Part shown: positions 38,301-52,800 of the stretch, in pieces
Layout of the letters: each line of letters opens with the position of its first letter
How positions within the stretch are numbered: position 1 is the stretch's first letter
NCBI RefSeq assembly: GCF_964204645.1
Contig: NC_134034.1
Span: 12,784,962-12,848,961, forward strand
Origin: Tubulanus polymorphus
Taxonomy: Eukaryota; Animalia; Nemertea
Reading direction: 5' to 3'
DNA length: 64,000 bases
The notes under the pieces: generated by a model
Told to the model about the DNA's origin: nothing
The model's database searches: none
The model's input: only the letters and a program-made list of their open reading frames with translations
Made by a program: the position numbers and the translations under genes

Positions 38301-41300
38301 GATTCACAGCCGTAAAATCATCGATACTCGAGAATTTCGATATTCCTCGAGATATCGTCGATAACTGACTGTAAAAATATCGAAATATTTATCAAAGATC
38401 ACATCTATAACATTTATTAATTGTGTTTTAATTTAGAGTTCATGGATATTTCACATAAAGTTAAAACATCAATGGTTCCTGTTGGAACTGTTGTATCTGA
38501 TGTTGTGTAAATACAGATTGAACGCAAATATAGTTATGAAAAATGATAAGAATTGTTCAACGAACCTTCTATAAGTCGGTTGTAAAGTGACCTCGTCAGT
38601 TCTTGCCGTCGGTATTTCAACTGTTTCTTCATTTGCTGCGGAAACAAAAACCATTTTCTAAACATAGAATCTTAAAACGACCAGTGACCTGTAGAGCCTC
38701 TAGGCTTTCACTGCTTCCTTCACTTTTGTCACTATTATATGTTGTATTTCCTTAATATAAGTTTAACCCTTACAGTGCATCTACACCGCAGTGCAGTGTA
38801 TGAATCAGTGATGGATTTTGCTAGTACACCACACTGCGGTGTATTGATGTAATTAGTAATTATCTCTCTTGAAAGATGGCAGCACCTTTCAAACATAGTG
38901 AAATAGTAATCACTGATGATACACCGCGCCGGGTTGTAGACGCACTATAGTGGTATTCCCGTTATTCAACACACTAGGGTGGAATTTTTGAAAATTTTCA
39001 AATTATCTCCAGCACTATAGGCTATTAATTAGTCAGCGCTGAAAGGGTTATTGAATAATAAATTATTATTATCATCATTATTAACTTTCCTATGTAATTT
39101 TCTAATATCATATTCTAGTGTTTTTCTGGATAAAATAAAAGGATTTTCCGTACAGATTTCTGTATTCGTCGAAAACTTACTGATCTCAGAACTGCTACCG
39201 TCGGATTCAGACTCTACGGCGTCGCCCTCTATATCGCGACCGCGTAACAATCGTACGTACTGTTCGCCGAGATTCTCCGGATCGATCAACAACGTCCAAC
39301 AATGTCGACAGTTATCGGCAGACGTACGCATCGTCAGTATATTCTGAACGGTTCTCAGATCGGTCGGTAGGTGGCGCTTATACCAGTCGCCCTGTTCTTC
39401 GAACGAACTCAAAATCTCTTCCAAACAGAAATTATCCCGTATTCGTAGGTAATTTTGGTCGGCGGAATTTCTACCTCCCATCGACGACGCTTTCGAATAG
39501 AAAATAAACAAAACTTATCAATCTAATCCATCAGAGACCCCAAACACCTGACCATCCAGAGTTAGACAATCTATAATCCATCAAACACCCCCAAACACTC
39601 CTGTCCATCCAGAGTTTGTAGAATACTGAGATGAAGTCCTGAATGTCTGTCTATGGAGGTGCACGTTGCAGGATGCAAGCTAAGAGGGTGTTGGGTCCAC
39701 TAGGTCCAGTGTTTACAACGCCTTTGATATGGGCCCTAGTTGCTCTAAATTCAGAGAGGGTCCCTGGTCCCTGGGTAGGGTGGCCACTTTCCTCTAATTA
39801 ACAAATTTCCTGAGTTTTCCCTGATTAAAACATGTTATGAAACAAAATTCTCCGCAAGTGAATCAAGAGAAATTTCTAGGTTAAAAATGTTACAATTCAT
39901 TCATTTTTCAGTGAATCACGTATTGATAAAGAAACAAGTGGTCAATAGCATCCAAATAACCTTTTCCAGCAGGTTTTTTGCAAAATTTGTCAAACTCCTT
40001 GGGTTTTCCCATGATTTTTTACGAGATTTTTCCGATTCCCCGAGATTTCAGTGACGATGCTGCTGGGAGTGAGAATTTCAGGGTTGTTGAGACACTTACC
40101 TGAACTGCTGGAGTATTGTTTAATGGGAGTACCGATGTTCGGGTTTTCCCCGGCAGGAAGCGATGTAACAGATTCGGCGATGAAACATCGAGTTTGAAAT
40201 ACGCGGTCGATCTTCGACGTAACGTACGTTCCGCGACCCGTCGTTTCCATGGCGACGTCGAATATACCCGATTTACAGCGTTCCAACCAATCGTTCAATA
40301 ATCTATTTATAGAATCAGAGATAGCGATAAATTCTCGTTCTTCCGTTTATTTCGAAATTCAAATTTCAAAAATTAAATTTTCGTTACCTGAGTCGGTATT
40401 GATTATTTAACGGACCGAAGTAGCAGACGATCGCGGCAGACAACAACGCGTCGCCGTGTAAACTGTTTAATTTACGTTTCGACAGTTTACGATCCGTCTG
40501 CCATCTTTGTTTCTCTACAGCCATATTATCCATTACATTCACCGCTTCCGATATCTTATTTTCAATTGCCTACAAAACAATCAGAACGCAGCTCGCGGAT
40601 TGTACAGAATTCTAAAACTGATCGAGGAAGATTTTAACACCGAGCAAGTTTCAGGATTGATCTCTACTGTTCTGGAATTCTCTTCAGGCACATATTCTGT
40701 TAACCTGATAGAAGCGGCCGGTAGAGAGTTTGTAATCTGTAAACCCGATAGAAGCGGCCGGTAGAGAGTTTGTAATCTGTAAACCCGATAGAAGCGGCCG
40801 GTAGAGAGTTTGTAATCTGTAAACCTGATAGAAGCGGCCGGTAGAGAGTTTGTAATCTGTAAACCTGATAGAAGCGGCCGGTAGAGAGTTTGTAATCTGT
40901 AAACTCGATAGAAGCGGCCGGTAGAGAGTTTGTAATCTGTAAACCTGATAGTAGCGGCCGGTAGAGAGTTTGTTATCTGTAAACCCGATAGAAGCGACCG
41001 GTAGAGAGTTTGTAATCCGGAATTGCTACTCCTAAACCACAATATGCTCTGTCAAAACCTGCCCTGGTCTGATCATCTTGTGTCTATAGCCAACTTAAGA
41101 CTGATCCTGAAGCCAGCAATTATTTTTAGTTTAAATCGAGAATGATTTATACCTGTATTTGTCTTTCTATTGTCTTTGCGTGTTTAAAAGCCTCCGAATG
41201 TTCCTCAATCTGCGACTCTAATTCCTTCTTCTTATTACCGGCTGAAATTCGTTTCTGGGTCAGAACGATCTGTGCCTACAACGAACAACAACTTGTGTAA

Positions 41301-43740
41301 CACCTGACAACCTAAATACGTGACTCCCTAAATACGTGACTCCCTAAACACCTGACCCCCTAAATACCTGACCCCCTAAACACCTGACCCCCTAAACACC
41401 TGACCCCCTAAACACCTGACCCCCCTAAATACCTGACCCCCTAAACACCTGACCCCCCTAAACACCTGACAAACTAAACACCTGACAAACTAAACAGAAA
41501 TCAGAACCCAGGCCCACTAGCGTTGTATCTCATTGGGCTCTAAGTATCTGTTTCTTAGTTGATAATGGAAACTTTAGGGATGAACAATCAGCGGGGCCGA
41601 GTTGCACAGTTATCGCTTACATCTAAGACACAAACCCTAGATCGATGAGAGTCCGGCAGCTTCCCTGCCATTTCCAGAGAGGTGGTTCTCTCATTCATTC
41701 CCCCCAGAGAGGTGGTTCTCTCATTCGACCCCCCCTCCTAATAACGATATTCACAAATCAATCGCACGAACCTTTTTAGCCTCGGATTCGGCATCCATCA
41801 ATTTCGCCAGCCTCGGTTTCATTCCGCGGAAGATCGTCGCATAACGATAAATAGCTTTAATCCAGTGACATAGCAACGACGTCGCTAGGCTGATAGAACG
41901 GATTTTATCCGAATCGAACAACGGGTTTTCCACGTACGACGTCAAACCTTCGTAAACGTCGTCCGACATTTTATCTTTGTCGTAAAACTGTAGGTCGTTG
42001 AAGAAACTGTCTTTCAATAAAAGCAGTTTTGCTTCTTCCCAACTGGAAAAACAAAATACACATTGAATCAATTCATTATCAACAAATAATTGTATATTAT
42101 GCATTTTGTATGTACATAATTGTTAACTATTCTTTAATGATGAAATAAACTTTACATTACATTGTGAACAAATTACAGAATTAATAGATCTAGTATTACA
42201 TTGTTACCAGGACCCAGTTTCACAAAACAGTTAAACTCAAATTTTTGGTGTAATTGCAATTGATTACTTCATGTTTTCGATGAGGACAACAATTCAAACT
42301 TAACTGTTTTAGGATTAAACTTTTTCGTGAAACTGGGCCAAGAGGTTGATTTCATCATAGACCAGCAGGGGCTGCAGTCGCTCAAAAGTTGGTTAAAGAT
42401 AACAAACGGACAAATATCATAGTAACAATGGATTTTTGATTGTCACTATGTCAACGTTTATGGTGCGAATGCCTGTCTTTGAAACCGGACACTGGACTCA
42501 AGTTGAACTTGGACCAGGTGCCAGTTGGTCAAAAGTTGCCTAGTGAGTTAACCATTGAATAGTTGACATAGTGACAATTAAAAGTTCATTGTTACTACGG
42601 TATTCATCTGCTGGTTATCTTTAACCAACTGGCCCCCCTGGTTTCTTAAATGAACCGATGAGCAACAACTCTTAATTTCAAAAATTTATCTATCAAACTT
42701 ACTTTTGTGGTTTATTGAACATTAAGCAGACGGCATCTAAAACGACCCTGACCCCGTGCGGAGGAGAGGGGAACGATTTGATTTCGGCGATCGCTTCTTT
42801 ACTCAGACTTTCAAGAGCTTCCAGAGCTGCGTAATAAATCGGGTTGATCTAAAAATGACATCAAAAACAATCTTCAGGAATAGAATATTCATTAAAAATT
42901 CCTCTCAAAATATCACCTCGAATCATAAACACAAAATCAATGGGATAGAACACTAATAATACAAAGAATTCGGCAATATTTCCATGAGCTGATGGACCAG
43001 TATTGCTTAAGATTTCTTGCGCAGTATTGCTGAATATGACTAGTAAGATTTTGTCAAAACGTCGCAATTGATTCAAGTCAAATTGTTAACAAACAAAAGA
43101 AAAGCCATAAATAAATCTAGAAGAGTTTGTGTGAACTGTGTCTAGAAAGAGGAACAGACCTTGTCAAACAGATCTGCCATGAGGGGGGGAGGTGTAAACA
43201 GACCTTGTCAAACAGATCTGCAATAGGGGAGGGAGGTGTAAACAGACCTTGTCAAATTCGGCTTGTGCTTTTTTCTTCAGATCAGCCATCGGACCGAGTA
43301 AACCGCTGATTTGTCCTTCCTCTTGTTTACACGATTCTAACGCCGTCACGTACGCCGATTTGTGTTTCTCGACCGATTTCACTTTGTCGTCGACGACGCT
43401 CATCGCCGAGCGATATTTCGGCATCAGTTTGTCGACCTCCGTCTGGTGTTTGGCGATTCGCTCTTCTGCTTTCTTCACTCGATCCAACGCGGCGTCGTGT
43501 CTCATTATATTCATCTACAATTAGTGTTACATTTATTACATGCACCATCAACAGTTTTCCACAATTGTCCACGATTCCGCCAGCGACTCAAAAGTTAAAT
43601 CATTGGAAAATGAACTAAAAGATCGAGTTAATGAAGTAATTAAATCATGATGAGACGAAAAGATACACATTATCCGTGTACGATGATAACGAGAGAAATC
43701 CCACAATAACGAAGCCAAAACGAGAAACTTGAATAGAAGA

Positions 43741-43836
<96 letters not shown>

Positions 43837-46800
43837 CGCATGATGATTCACGCCTGATATGGCTAATAGTCTTTAGCCGAAACGTTACGCAAATATATAT
43901 ATACTCTTCTATTCAAGTTTCAAATTTCAAATTTCACACCAGGGATCAAACCCGGGTCTCGTACGTAGAAAGCAAGCGCGCTAACCAGTGGGCCAATGGA
44001 ACTAATCCACTGGGCCAGTGACTAATCCACTGGGCCAGTAGTTATACAACTTGTTGTCATATATTCATAACATTATCGCAATCACTCGATCCTAATTGAT
44101 TCAACTGTTATTTCACTGACTCTCGTCAAACTGAACTGGATATTTTTCCGCAGAAAGTTTTTCCCGAGCGCTGTGTTCACGCTCCGTCTTTGCCCAGCTG
44201 GGACCGAATGAAACTGATAACTATGGAACTAGATGCGGGATATTTTTCCGCAGAAAGTTTTCCCGAGCGCTGTGTTCACGCTCCGTCTTTGCCCAGCCGG
44301 GACCGAATGAAAATTACTTACGTTTTCGGTCTGCGTGATCTGCCTCGCGATGACGTCGATAATTTCGGTGAATTCCTCGTAAATCAACGGCGAATAGAAA
44401 CAGGAAAAGGGCAGACGATGTTTGAACTGATCGGTAACGGCAGCAGACGCCGAATTATGAATATAAACCATCGCTTCAGACAGACGATCGAGCTGAACGT
44501 GCGGAACAGACTTTAACGCATTCTACAATACAAATAACGCAAACTTTTCATTAGATCGAGATTTTGCCTCAAAAAGAGAGAAGTTTGAACATCAATAATT
44601 CTAGAACCAGTACAACAATTATCAGTTAAGATTTGACAGGATCCTGTAGGCTTGCTTCTGCTTGTAGGTCATCATTAAAAATCTAATTCTTATACAAATA
44701 TAAGTTAGAACATCTCAGGACTTGGATGATCGTTGTATCGTTAAAACTAGTTAATTTCTAATGTTTGAACGATCCAAATGTTAGAACGATGAACAGTTGA
44801 TGAACTGGATCCCAAAGCAGCTACGGTATTCGTGAAAGCCGATGGTTTTTGTTTTGTACCTTTTCCATCAGCCATGTTTTAGCTGTGAACTGTAATTCAG
44901 TCGGCGTCCACGGTCGGTAGATGTCGATATTGTGACAATATTTGAATAACGCCGGATATTTAGCCATTTCCGAGTGAGAAATTCTAGGAGTTGAATCTAC
45001 AAAAAATGCAATATATTTACGTGTGAATAAAGCTCGATTCCTGGGAGAGCAACAACTGAAAGGGTACCAGAAACAGAGGTTGTTGGGCTCCTCAAAATCC
45101 AAGTTCATCTCAGGGATCATTTGCTAAATAGTTGGTTTAAGTAAACCGTTCGGTAAATATCATGAAATCTATAAAGTTTTGATTTTAACTACGTCGACTA
45201 CCCTCTGGATTACTACAACCATCCTATGAGTAAGTATGGTCGCCTACTTAAGATATATCTTCCCGATATCTACCAATGAAATAAATAACAAATATAATCC
45301 CTATTTTAAAAGATCTGAAAAAATATATTTTCCCAAAAGTTATTTCTTGCAGCCCTTTCTGCAGGGGAGTCCGAGCATCAGATATCTACCCAGGAGGGGG
45401 AGTGCGAGTATCAGATATCTACCCAGGAGGGGGAGTGCGAGCATCAGATATTTACCCAGGAGGGGGGAGATGTTTAACTGGTCTGGGGGGGGGGGGGAGG
45501 TTGCACTTACCGCTGTTGTTAATTGTATAACTCAAACAGAAGATGAAATGTACGTTATGTCTGACGCGTTGACTGAATTTATCGAACGCCTGCAGAACTT
45601 TATCGAATCGTTTTGTCTGTCCGGGAAACATTTGACTGATGATCGCGTGTTCTTCTTTATCTGTGTAACCGCACGGCAATTCACCTGTTACAATACAAAA
45701 CAATCATTACTTTACATCTCCTCAACCCTCAACCCTCACTGAGGGTATCACTATAGCAGATTCCCCAACCCTCACTCACTGTGGGTATCGCTATAGCAGA
45801 TTCCTCAACCTTCCCTCACTGAAGGGGTATCGCTATAGCAGATTCCTCAACCTTCCCTCACTGTGGGTATCACTATAGCAGATTCCTCAACCCTCACTCA
45901 CTGTGGGTATCGCTATAGCAGATTCCTCAACCTTCCCTCACTGAAGGGGTATCACTATAGCAGATTCCCCAACCCTCACTCACTGTGGGTATCGCTATAG
46001 CAGATTCCTCAACCTTCCCTCACTGAAGGGGTATCGCTATAGCAGATTCCTCAACCTTCCCTCACTGTGGGTATCGCTATAGCAGATTCCTCAACCTTCC
46101 CTCACTGATGGTATCACTATAGCAGATTTTACCTTCCACCCATTATGTTTCATTCGAGGTATTTTCATAAATCCACCAGTTTCAGGCTGCTTACTCCGGT
46201 TTCTCAAGTTTTAAGAGAATTTCACCGAAATTCATTTGGAAAAACCCATTATTTTTCTGGGGCCAGTTTTATAGACTGGCATCAAACTTAAACCTGGGGG
46301 TTTTACTCAAATCATTTTCAATTGAGTTAACCCCTGGGCTTATAAGTTGAAACCAGTCAATAAAACCGGGCCCTGATTCTAAACTCTGTGAAATATTCAG
46401 CCCCGTGTACGGCACAATTTACTGCATTAGGTCCAAAGCTTCCTAAAGATCACATTGAGTCTAAAACCAGATGGGTTGTAATTACTCAGAATCGCTATAG
46501 ATGGCGGCACTGTAACCCCTTACCTGATGTCATAATATGAACGGCTTCTTTCAGACAGTCGTCTCCGAGGGCGTCGGATACGATTATTACTCCCGGTTTA
46601 CCGTGTAATCCAGCGTTTAGGAAACATTGTTTCGTCATTTCTCTGAACACCGTCAGGTTACCGTCGACGTTCGTCTGCGATTTCGGTTCGAACACTTTAC
46701 ACTTAGCGATGAACGCGGCCATTTTAACCAGAGTCGAACGACCCGACATTCCTCGCACGCCGAACAATACGGCGTTTCCAGCGTTACCCGTCTGCAACGC

Positions 46801-49800
46801 CTGTAAATAATCAATTCAAAAATATTCTTAACCTCAACGTCAAATCGCTTAAATCCAATAATGATCATAAATATTGTGAAATTGGTTTTTTAAGTTGTTA
46901 GATTTAACTATAGACATTGTTCCCACAGTTATATGAATTCAAAATTCCAAAGTTTTTCCCAAGTATTTCATGGATGATTTTCAATTTTCCAAAATGGAAA
47001 TGAACAGATATCGTCATGCAACAGTCAACATTTTAGCGGTGATCTGCTAAGAATCATATCAAATCAAAACAGTCTGATTTGCAATCTAGCGATCTTAACA
47101 ACTCTCTCCGATTCTTATAAAGAAAAGAATATTCTGGACTTTTCCCTGATTCCCAGGTTAAGTGTGGCCACCCTGCGATAGTCAAATACATAAGACGCGA
47201 CCGAAACTGTTTGATTTTAAAACGTGATCTAGCAATCTCAAATTCCCCGACTTTAACCTGATCTCCTGGACCCAGTTCCACAGTTGTAAGTTAAGATTTG
47301 ACTCATTGAAAATGAACTAATTTAAATTCAGAGTTCACACTAACTCAGAACTGTGGAACTGGATCCTGGTTTGTGGCCACCCTGTGAGATAGACTCCCCT
47401 TACGGTAAGTTCACTAGAATTGAATAAAATGAAATGTAACGTCTGCTGCACACGTACCAGTATTCTACTGATACGAGCTATACGAACGACTGCTCGACTG
47501 AAGAACGCGAGATTCAGATTCTGTTTCGTGCCTTCGTTATAGACTTTTAAACACGTGACGAGAGCTTGTTGTAAGAGGTTTTCAGACACTTCGGCGTAAC
47601 CTGAAAACATACAAATAATCATTAAACATTTTACACATTACAGCCACTAAACTGTAGAGAAGGACCCTGTTCTACTGGTTGAGTTTACTACGAGTAATTA
47701 AGATATTTTAACCAGAGTGGCTGATACAAAGGGACATCGGTAACAAGTTGTACACGTGTACTTAATATCATTTCATTTTTTAAAACATAATCCAATTTAT
47801 CAAATCAAACTGACATAAGATATAAAAGAAAGAAACCTTTCATGATGCGGGAATAACCCATTATGGGCAGGTTGATCATCATTTCATTGAAATATGAGAG
47901 AAAATTATCAAATTAATCAGTTAACAAGTAAGACCCTTAGTTACAACTGTCTCTTTTCTTGAGAGGGAATACTGAAATTCAGAAGCACAGCAGCTCTGAC
48001 TAACTCTGAATAACTGTGGACAGTGGTACTGGGGTCCTGGGTATTGAAAATGTTACCTTTTTCAATGTGACGCCCGGTTTTATCACCGTGAACGCCGAGG
48101 AAATATCTCGAGAAAATGAAATCCGTCAATTCTTCGTCGGGATCTTTTATCTACGATAAAAAACAAATATAGACCTTTAATCAATGATAAATCCCTACAA
48201 CCTGTCAGTTCCACTGAGCTATAGTTACATTAACATACGACATATATCTTACAGTGAAAATATGAACTGTAGATTGGTATCAGTAAAACTAGAACGAACC
48301 TGATCAATAGAGAACAGTGGACCGGTGAACCAGTCAAATTGACTATCCGGACTGGTTCCGGCTGCGCTCTTAAAACTGATTCCTTTCTGTAGTTGTTTAT
48401 TGCGAGACAATCGGCCGGTAGAACTACCCCTTACACCGGAACCGGCTGCAAACTTTCTATCTGTAAATCAAACAATTTCAATCATAATCTCAGCTTCTTA
48501 GAATCGTAAGAATTTCTGGAACCCTGAGTAAGTGAACCCATGAGGCCCCTTCTGTGAGTAAAACCCCTGAAGGGCTGTGTCTGAATAACCCCCTGAGGGA
48601 GTAAACCCGTTAGGGGCTATGTCTGAGTGACCCCTCTGAGGGAGGAAGTAAACCCTCAGGGGCTGTGAGGGAGTTAATTCCTCAGGGGCTGTGTCTGAGT
48701 GACCCCTCTGAGGGAGTAAACCTTCTCAGAGGCTGTGAGTGACCCCCCTAAGGGAGTATGCCCCTCAGGGGCTGTGCGTGTGAGCGAACTAATTACCTTT
48801 TTGTGCTTGAATTTTCTTCTGTACTTCACGATACAGTTTAGTATCAACAGTAGTCATTGAATGAGAGCCTGAAAATATGCATCAATATTCCTTATACTGT
48901 AACAGGTACATGTAACATGTAACAGGTACATGTAACATGTAACAGGTACATGTGACATATAACAGGTATGTGTGACATGTAACAGGTACATGTGACATGT
49001 AACAGGTACATGTAACATGTACATGTTGATACTGACATGTGATACGGACCTGTTACTGTACCGGTGTAGAACGATTCACTCGACGACGAATCGCTGGAAT
49101 CTGCTGCTTCATCATCTTCCGTAGCGACGGTCATAGCGACGGATGTAGCAGTCGTCATAGCGGCAGCAGACGCTACAGACAGACCGCTTTCATGTTCTAT
49201 AAATACAATTCAAAGTAATCATGAATTCAACTACAGTTTACTGATGCCAGATCCATCCATTCTTTGCATAAATTATAGAATTATTTGCATAAATTATAGA
49301 ATATTCCAAATAAGGAAAATTGTCTGCTTACCCATATTTTGATTGTGAAGTGCCGATTCTGTGAGGTTCGCAGGTTTCTTCGTTGCGCTTGGTGATCGTG
49401 TTTTAGTAGTTGATTTAGCGTTGAATTGAACGCTCCTGACGGGACTCCCTGCGGCAGACGCGCGTCTGGGAATCCCCCCTCCACTGGCTGACGACCGTCC
49501 GGCAGGAATTCCCTCTACACTCGTCGTCACCTCCACCGGACTCTCAACGCCGTCGCAAGTCGGTGTCGTCTGTTGTTGTAACGTCTGCTCGATGATTGGT
49601 GGAGATTGTTGCGATTTTGAACTGCTGCTTAGCGACGAACTTACTAGAAATATCAAATAACAAGAGACTTGAAGATGGTGGATTATTTAATTTCTAGTTT
49701 GCAGAGAACACGATGAGTTTAAAGGGGATAATTCTGATTAGGTTGGCTCCCAGGAAAGGAAGGATACTGTGGATTATTTCACTTCTAGTTTGCAGAGTGC

Positions 49801-52800
49801 ACAGAGAGAGTTTTAAGGTTTTAATTCTGATAAGGGTGGCTCCGAGGAGAGGGAGGGTAGTTTACCTCTAGTCTGAGATGCTGCTGAAGAGGGTGGCTCC
49901 GTGCTGCCCGGACCGCGGCTGGACGGATGTTTCTCAATTGCCGTTGTAACGATCTGATCGACAGACGGTAATTCAGCCGGAGTACACGGCGTACTCAAAC
50001 GAGTATCCGTGGAAACCGTACTCAATTTATCGGGACTCTGTTGCGCGGCGCTGCGGATCTGCAAAAAAACACCCAACACTAACAACAGTTCGTTCAAATA
50101 AACGTGATTTCCGAAAACCGGGAAAAAAATGAAAATTGTTTTACCGTTTCGGTAGCGATGAATGAATTTTCTTCTTTAATTCCGGACATCAGTCGAGAAC
50201 GACTTCGATCGCCGTCGTCTGTCGAACACAAATCATTCAACACAACGTCGTTTAACAATTTACCGAACGAAGTCTTATCTGAAATGAAATGAAGAGAAAC
50301 TGATTTTTACACGGAAACAGCCGAAACATGTTTATCTCAATGATGTCTGTGTTTACAAATGGATGAGACTCATGTTTCCTCTGATATTTTGCTCTTTATT
50401 TTTTAGGAATACACATTAATAGACAGCATTTTTTTAAGTCATGTTAAGAAATTAAAGCTAAATTTAGCAAAATAACACAGAACCAGAGATTTCGAATGAA
50501 AAATATTTCTTTTTACAAATTGCAGTGGCGAAAACAACAGCAATAACTTCCTGAATACCATTTTTTTCTACCATATTTTCGACAAAATTGGTAATTGACT
50601 GCGACAATCAAAATCTCTTCCAATGCGGTTTCATTCGTTGATAAATAAACTCAACCGACGCAATGGCGTCTGCTCCTAGTTACCGGTATTTACCTTCATC
50701 GGAGACGAGTCGATCGTAGAACGTTCTCGTGATCTCGTGACAGCACAGACGCACGACCGATCGCATCATCGGCGGTTTATTATCGGACAATAGATCACCG
50801 CTGGAAACGCTACCACTGCCTTTATTACTCTCTAGAAAATCAATCACGCATCGATAACAATTTCAGATATAGACCTCATTTAACTTAATCCGGATACTGA
50901 AGTCTGATTACTTCAAGATTTTTTAGAATAGTATCAACTTTAACTAAATGATTTCTTAGTTTCATTTCTCAACCTATGAAATGCAACTTAGGAAATCGCG
51001 GAGAAATTAAAACATCCAAAATACTGCGGCCACCAGGATTAGAACTCATTAATAAATTGCTGAGACAAAATAGTGACTGACTTCAAGATAAAGTGAGAAT
51101 TACCGTAGACCTTGGGTAGAGAGTTCAAACAGTTGAAAATCCAAAAAAGCAAAATCTCAAATATCTACTCATTAGAAAATGAGATTTGTTCTGATTTTGC
51201 TTCTATGGATTTCAAAAGTAAGAACTGGTCTATCAAACCAACTCTGTGATCACGAACATAAGCCCTATGAAATTTTTCAGTTATACCGGTAAGTAAGATA
51301 ACGACTCACTGGAGGTTTTCTTGCTCGGTTTAGATTTCAGCGGGCTGCCTCCGCCTGCTAGCCCGGGTGTTGCCCGCGGTGACAATAGAAGCATGCCTCG
51401 TACGATATGAGATAGGTCGTGCAATGTGAATATATAATGAGGGTTAACGGGTGAAGGTCGAAACTTCAAACGTACGCATTCGTACATATCCAGTACCGTT
51501 TTAAACATTGCCTGAAATCAATGAAATTATGTTCGATATAACAATGTGATTCCTATCAGACTGGGCTGTCTGTCACAATGGGGTCTCGGTTGTACTGCAT
51601 AACTAGGCCCCAGGGCCCAGTTTCACAAAAAAGTTTAAATCAAATTTTTGATGAAATTGCTAATGATTATTTCATATCTTCAATGAGGACAATTCAAACT
51701 TAACCGTTTTTGGCTTAAACTTTTTCATGGGCCCTGGGGCCTAGTTATATACGGTACAACCGAGGCCCCATTGTGACAGACCTCGGGCCTAGCTCACCCT
51801 GGAGTGAGTGTGGAAACAAAAAATTCTAAAATCTACAAATTCTTTAAAATCATGCATCGTGTTCTAACAGTGTTTTAAAACATGCAAATCTTCTTACGGT
51901 TTTTAAACAAATTTCTCGCGTGAAAATTTTACCAAAAATTCCAAATAAAAACATGCAGCGAAAGCTATAAATAATAAACTATTAAAGGCTTTCGATGAAT
52001 TTTAAAATTTAGCCCGCTATAAAGCGAAAGGTTACGTAGGGGAGATCTGACCTTCGAGAGTTCGTTCGTGTGCTCCAGAGCGTAGGTCGGGAATTCGTGT
52101 AACCACGACGACAGCATCTTGCCGTAAATTCCGTGCAACGATTCGTCGCTAGGCGTCGTCATGTTGATCGTTACGAACAGACGCGATAATCTCGGCGATA
52201 TCGGACGATTACTTAATCCTAATCCACTTCCTGTAAAACGAACAAGGGTTAATCATACTCTCGGACGGACACGGGTTACCCGGGTAACTATAACCATAGG
52301 CGTCCCCAGGAATTTTCACAGCCAAGCACAATGTGTTGTGTTTGGTGGACCTACCCCAAAAAACTTTTTGAAAATTGGCTTTAGAAACGTTTTACAGGCT
52401 CTAAATGAATCATTTAGAGGTAAAAGACTTTAGTCAAATTGGCAAGAAAAATCTTGAACATTGCAAGTAACATAGTAACTTGAGAAGTTAGCTATCTCGA
52501 AAAGGGGATGCGTCCGCTACCCTCTCACCCCTCTTGGGGACGCCTATGATAACCATAGCGATACAAACCGGCGTATTGTTGACACGTCCAACTGAGCAGG
52601 AGTTGAATTTCGGGAGATTCGGTAAATAGTTTGCGCTGATAATCGTAAACGGATCTCGTCGATGCGATGCTCCTGACCGCTTCTAACGTCGGCTGAATTC
52701 CTACGTCGAAAAAAATCATTTACGATTTATAACAATATTCGACAGTTGAACGTTTTTGAAGTTCGAAAAAATTTGTCCACAATTTTGTTACCGCGTCGTT

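Noticed and set aside
44135-44312. Duplicated DNHD1 exon
   Set aside because: The ~100-bp direct duplication lies wholly in the intron beyond the donor at 44321 and lacks the splice site.
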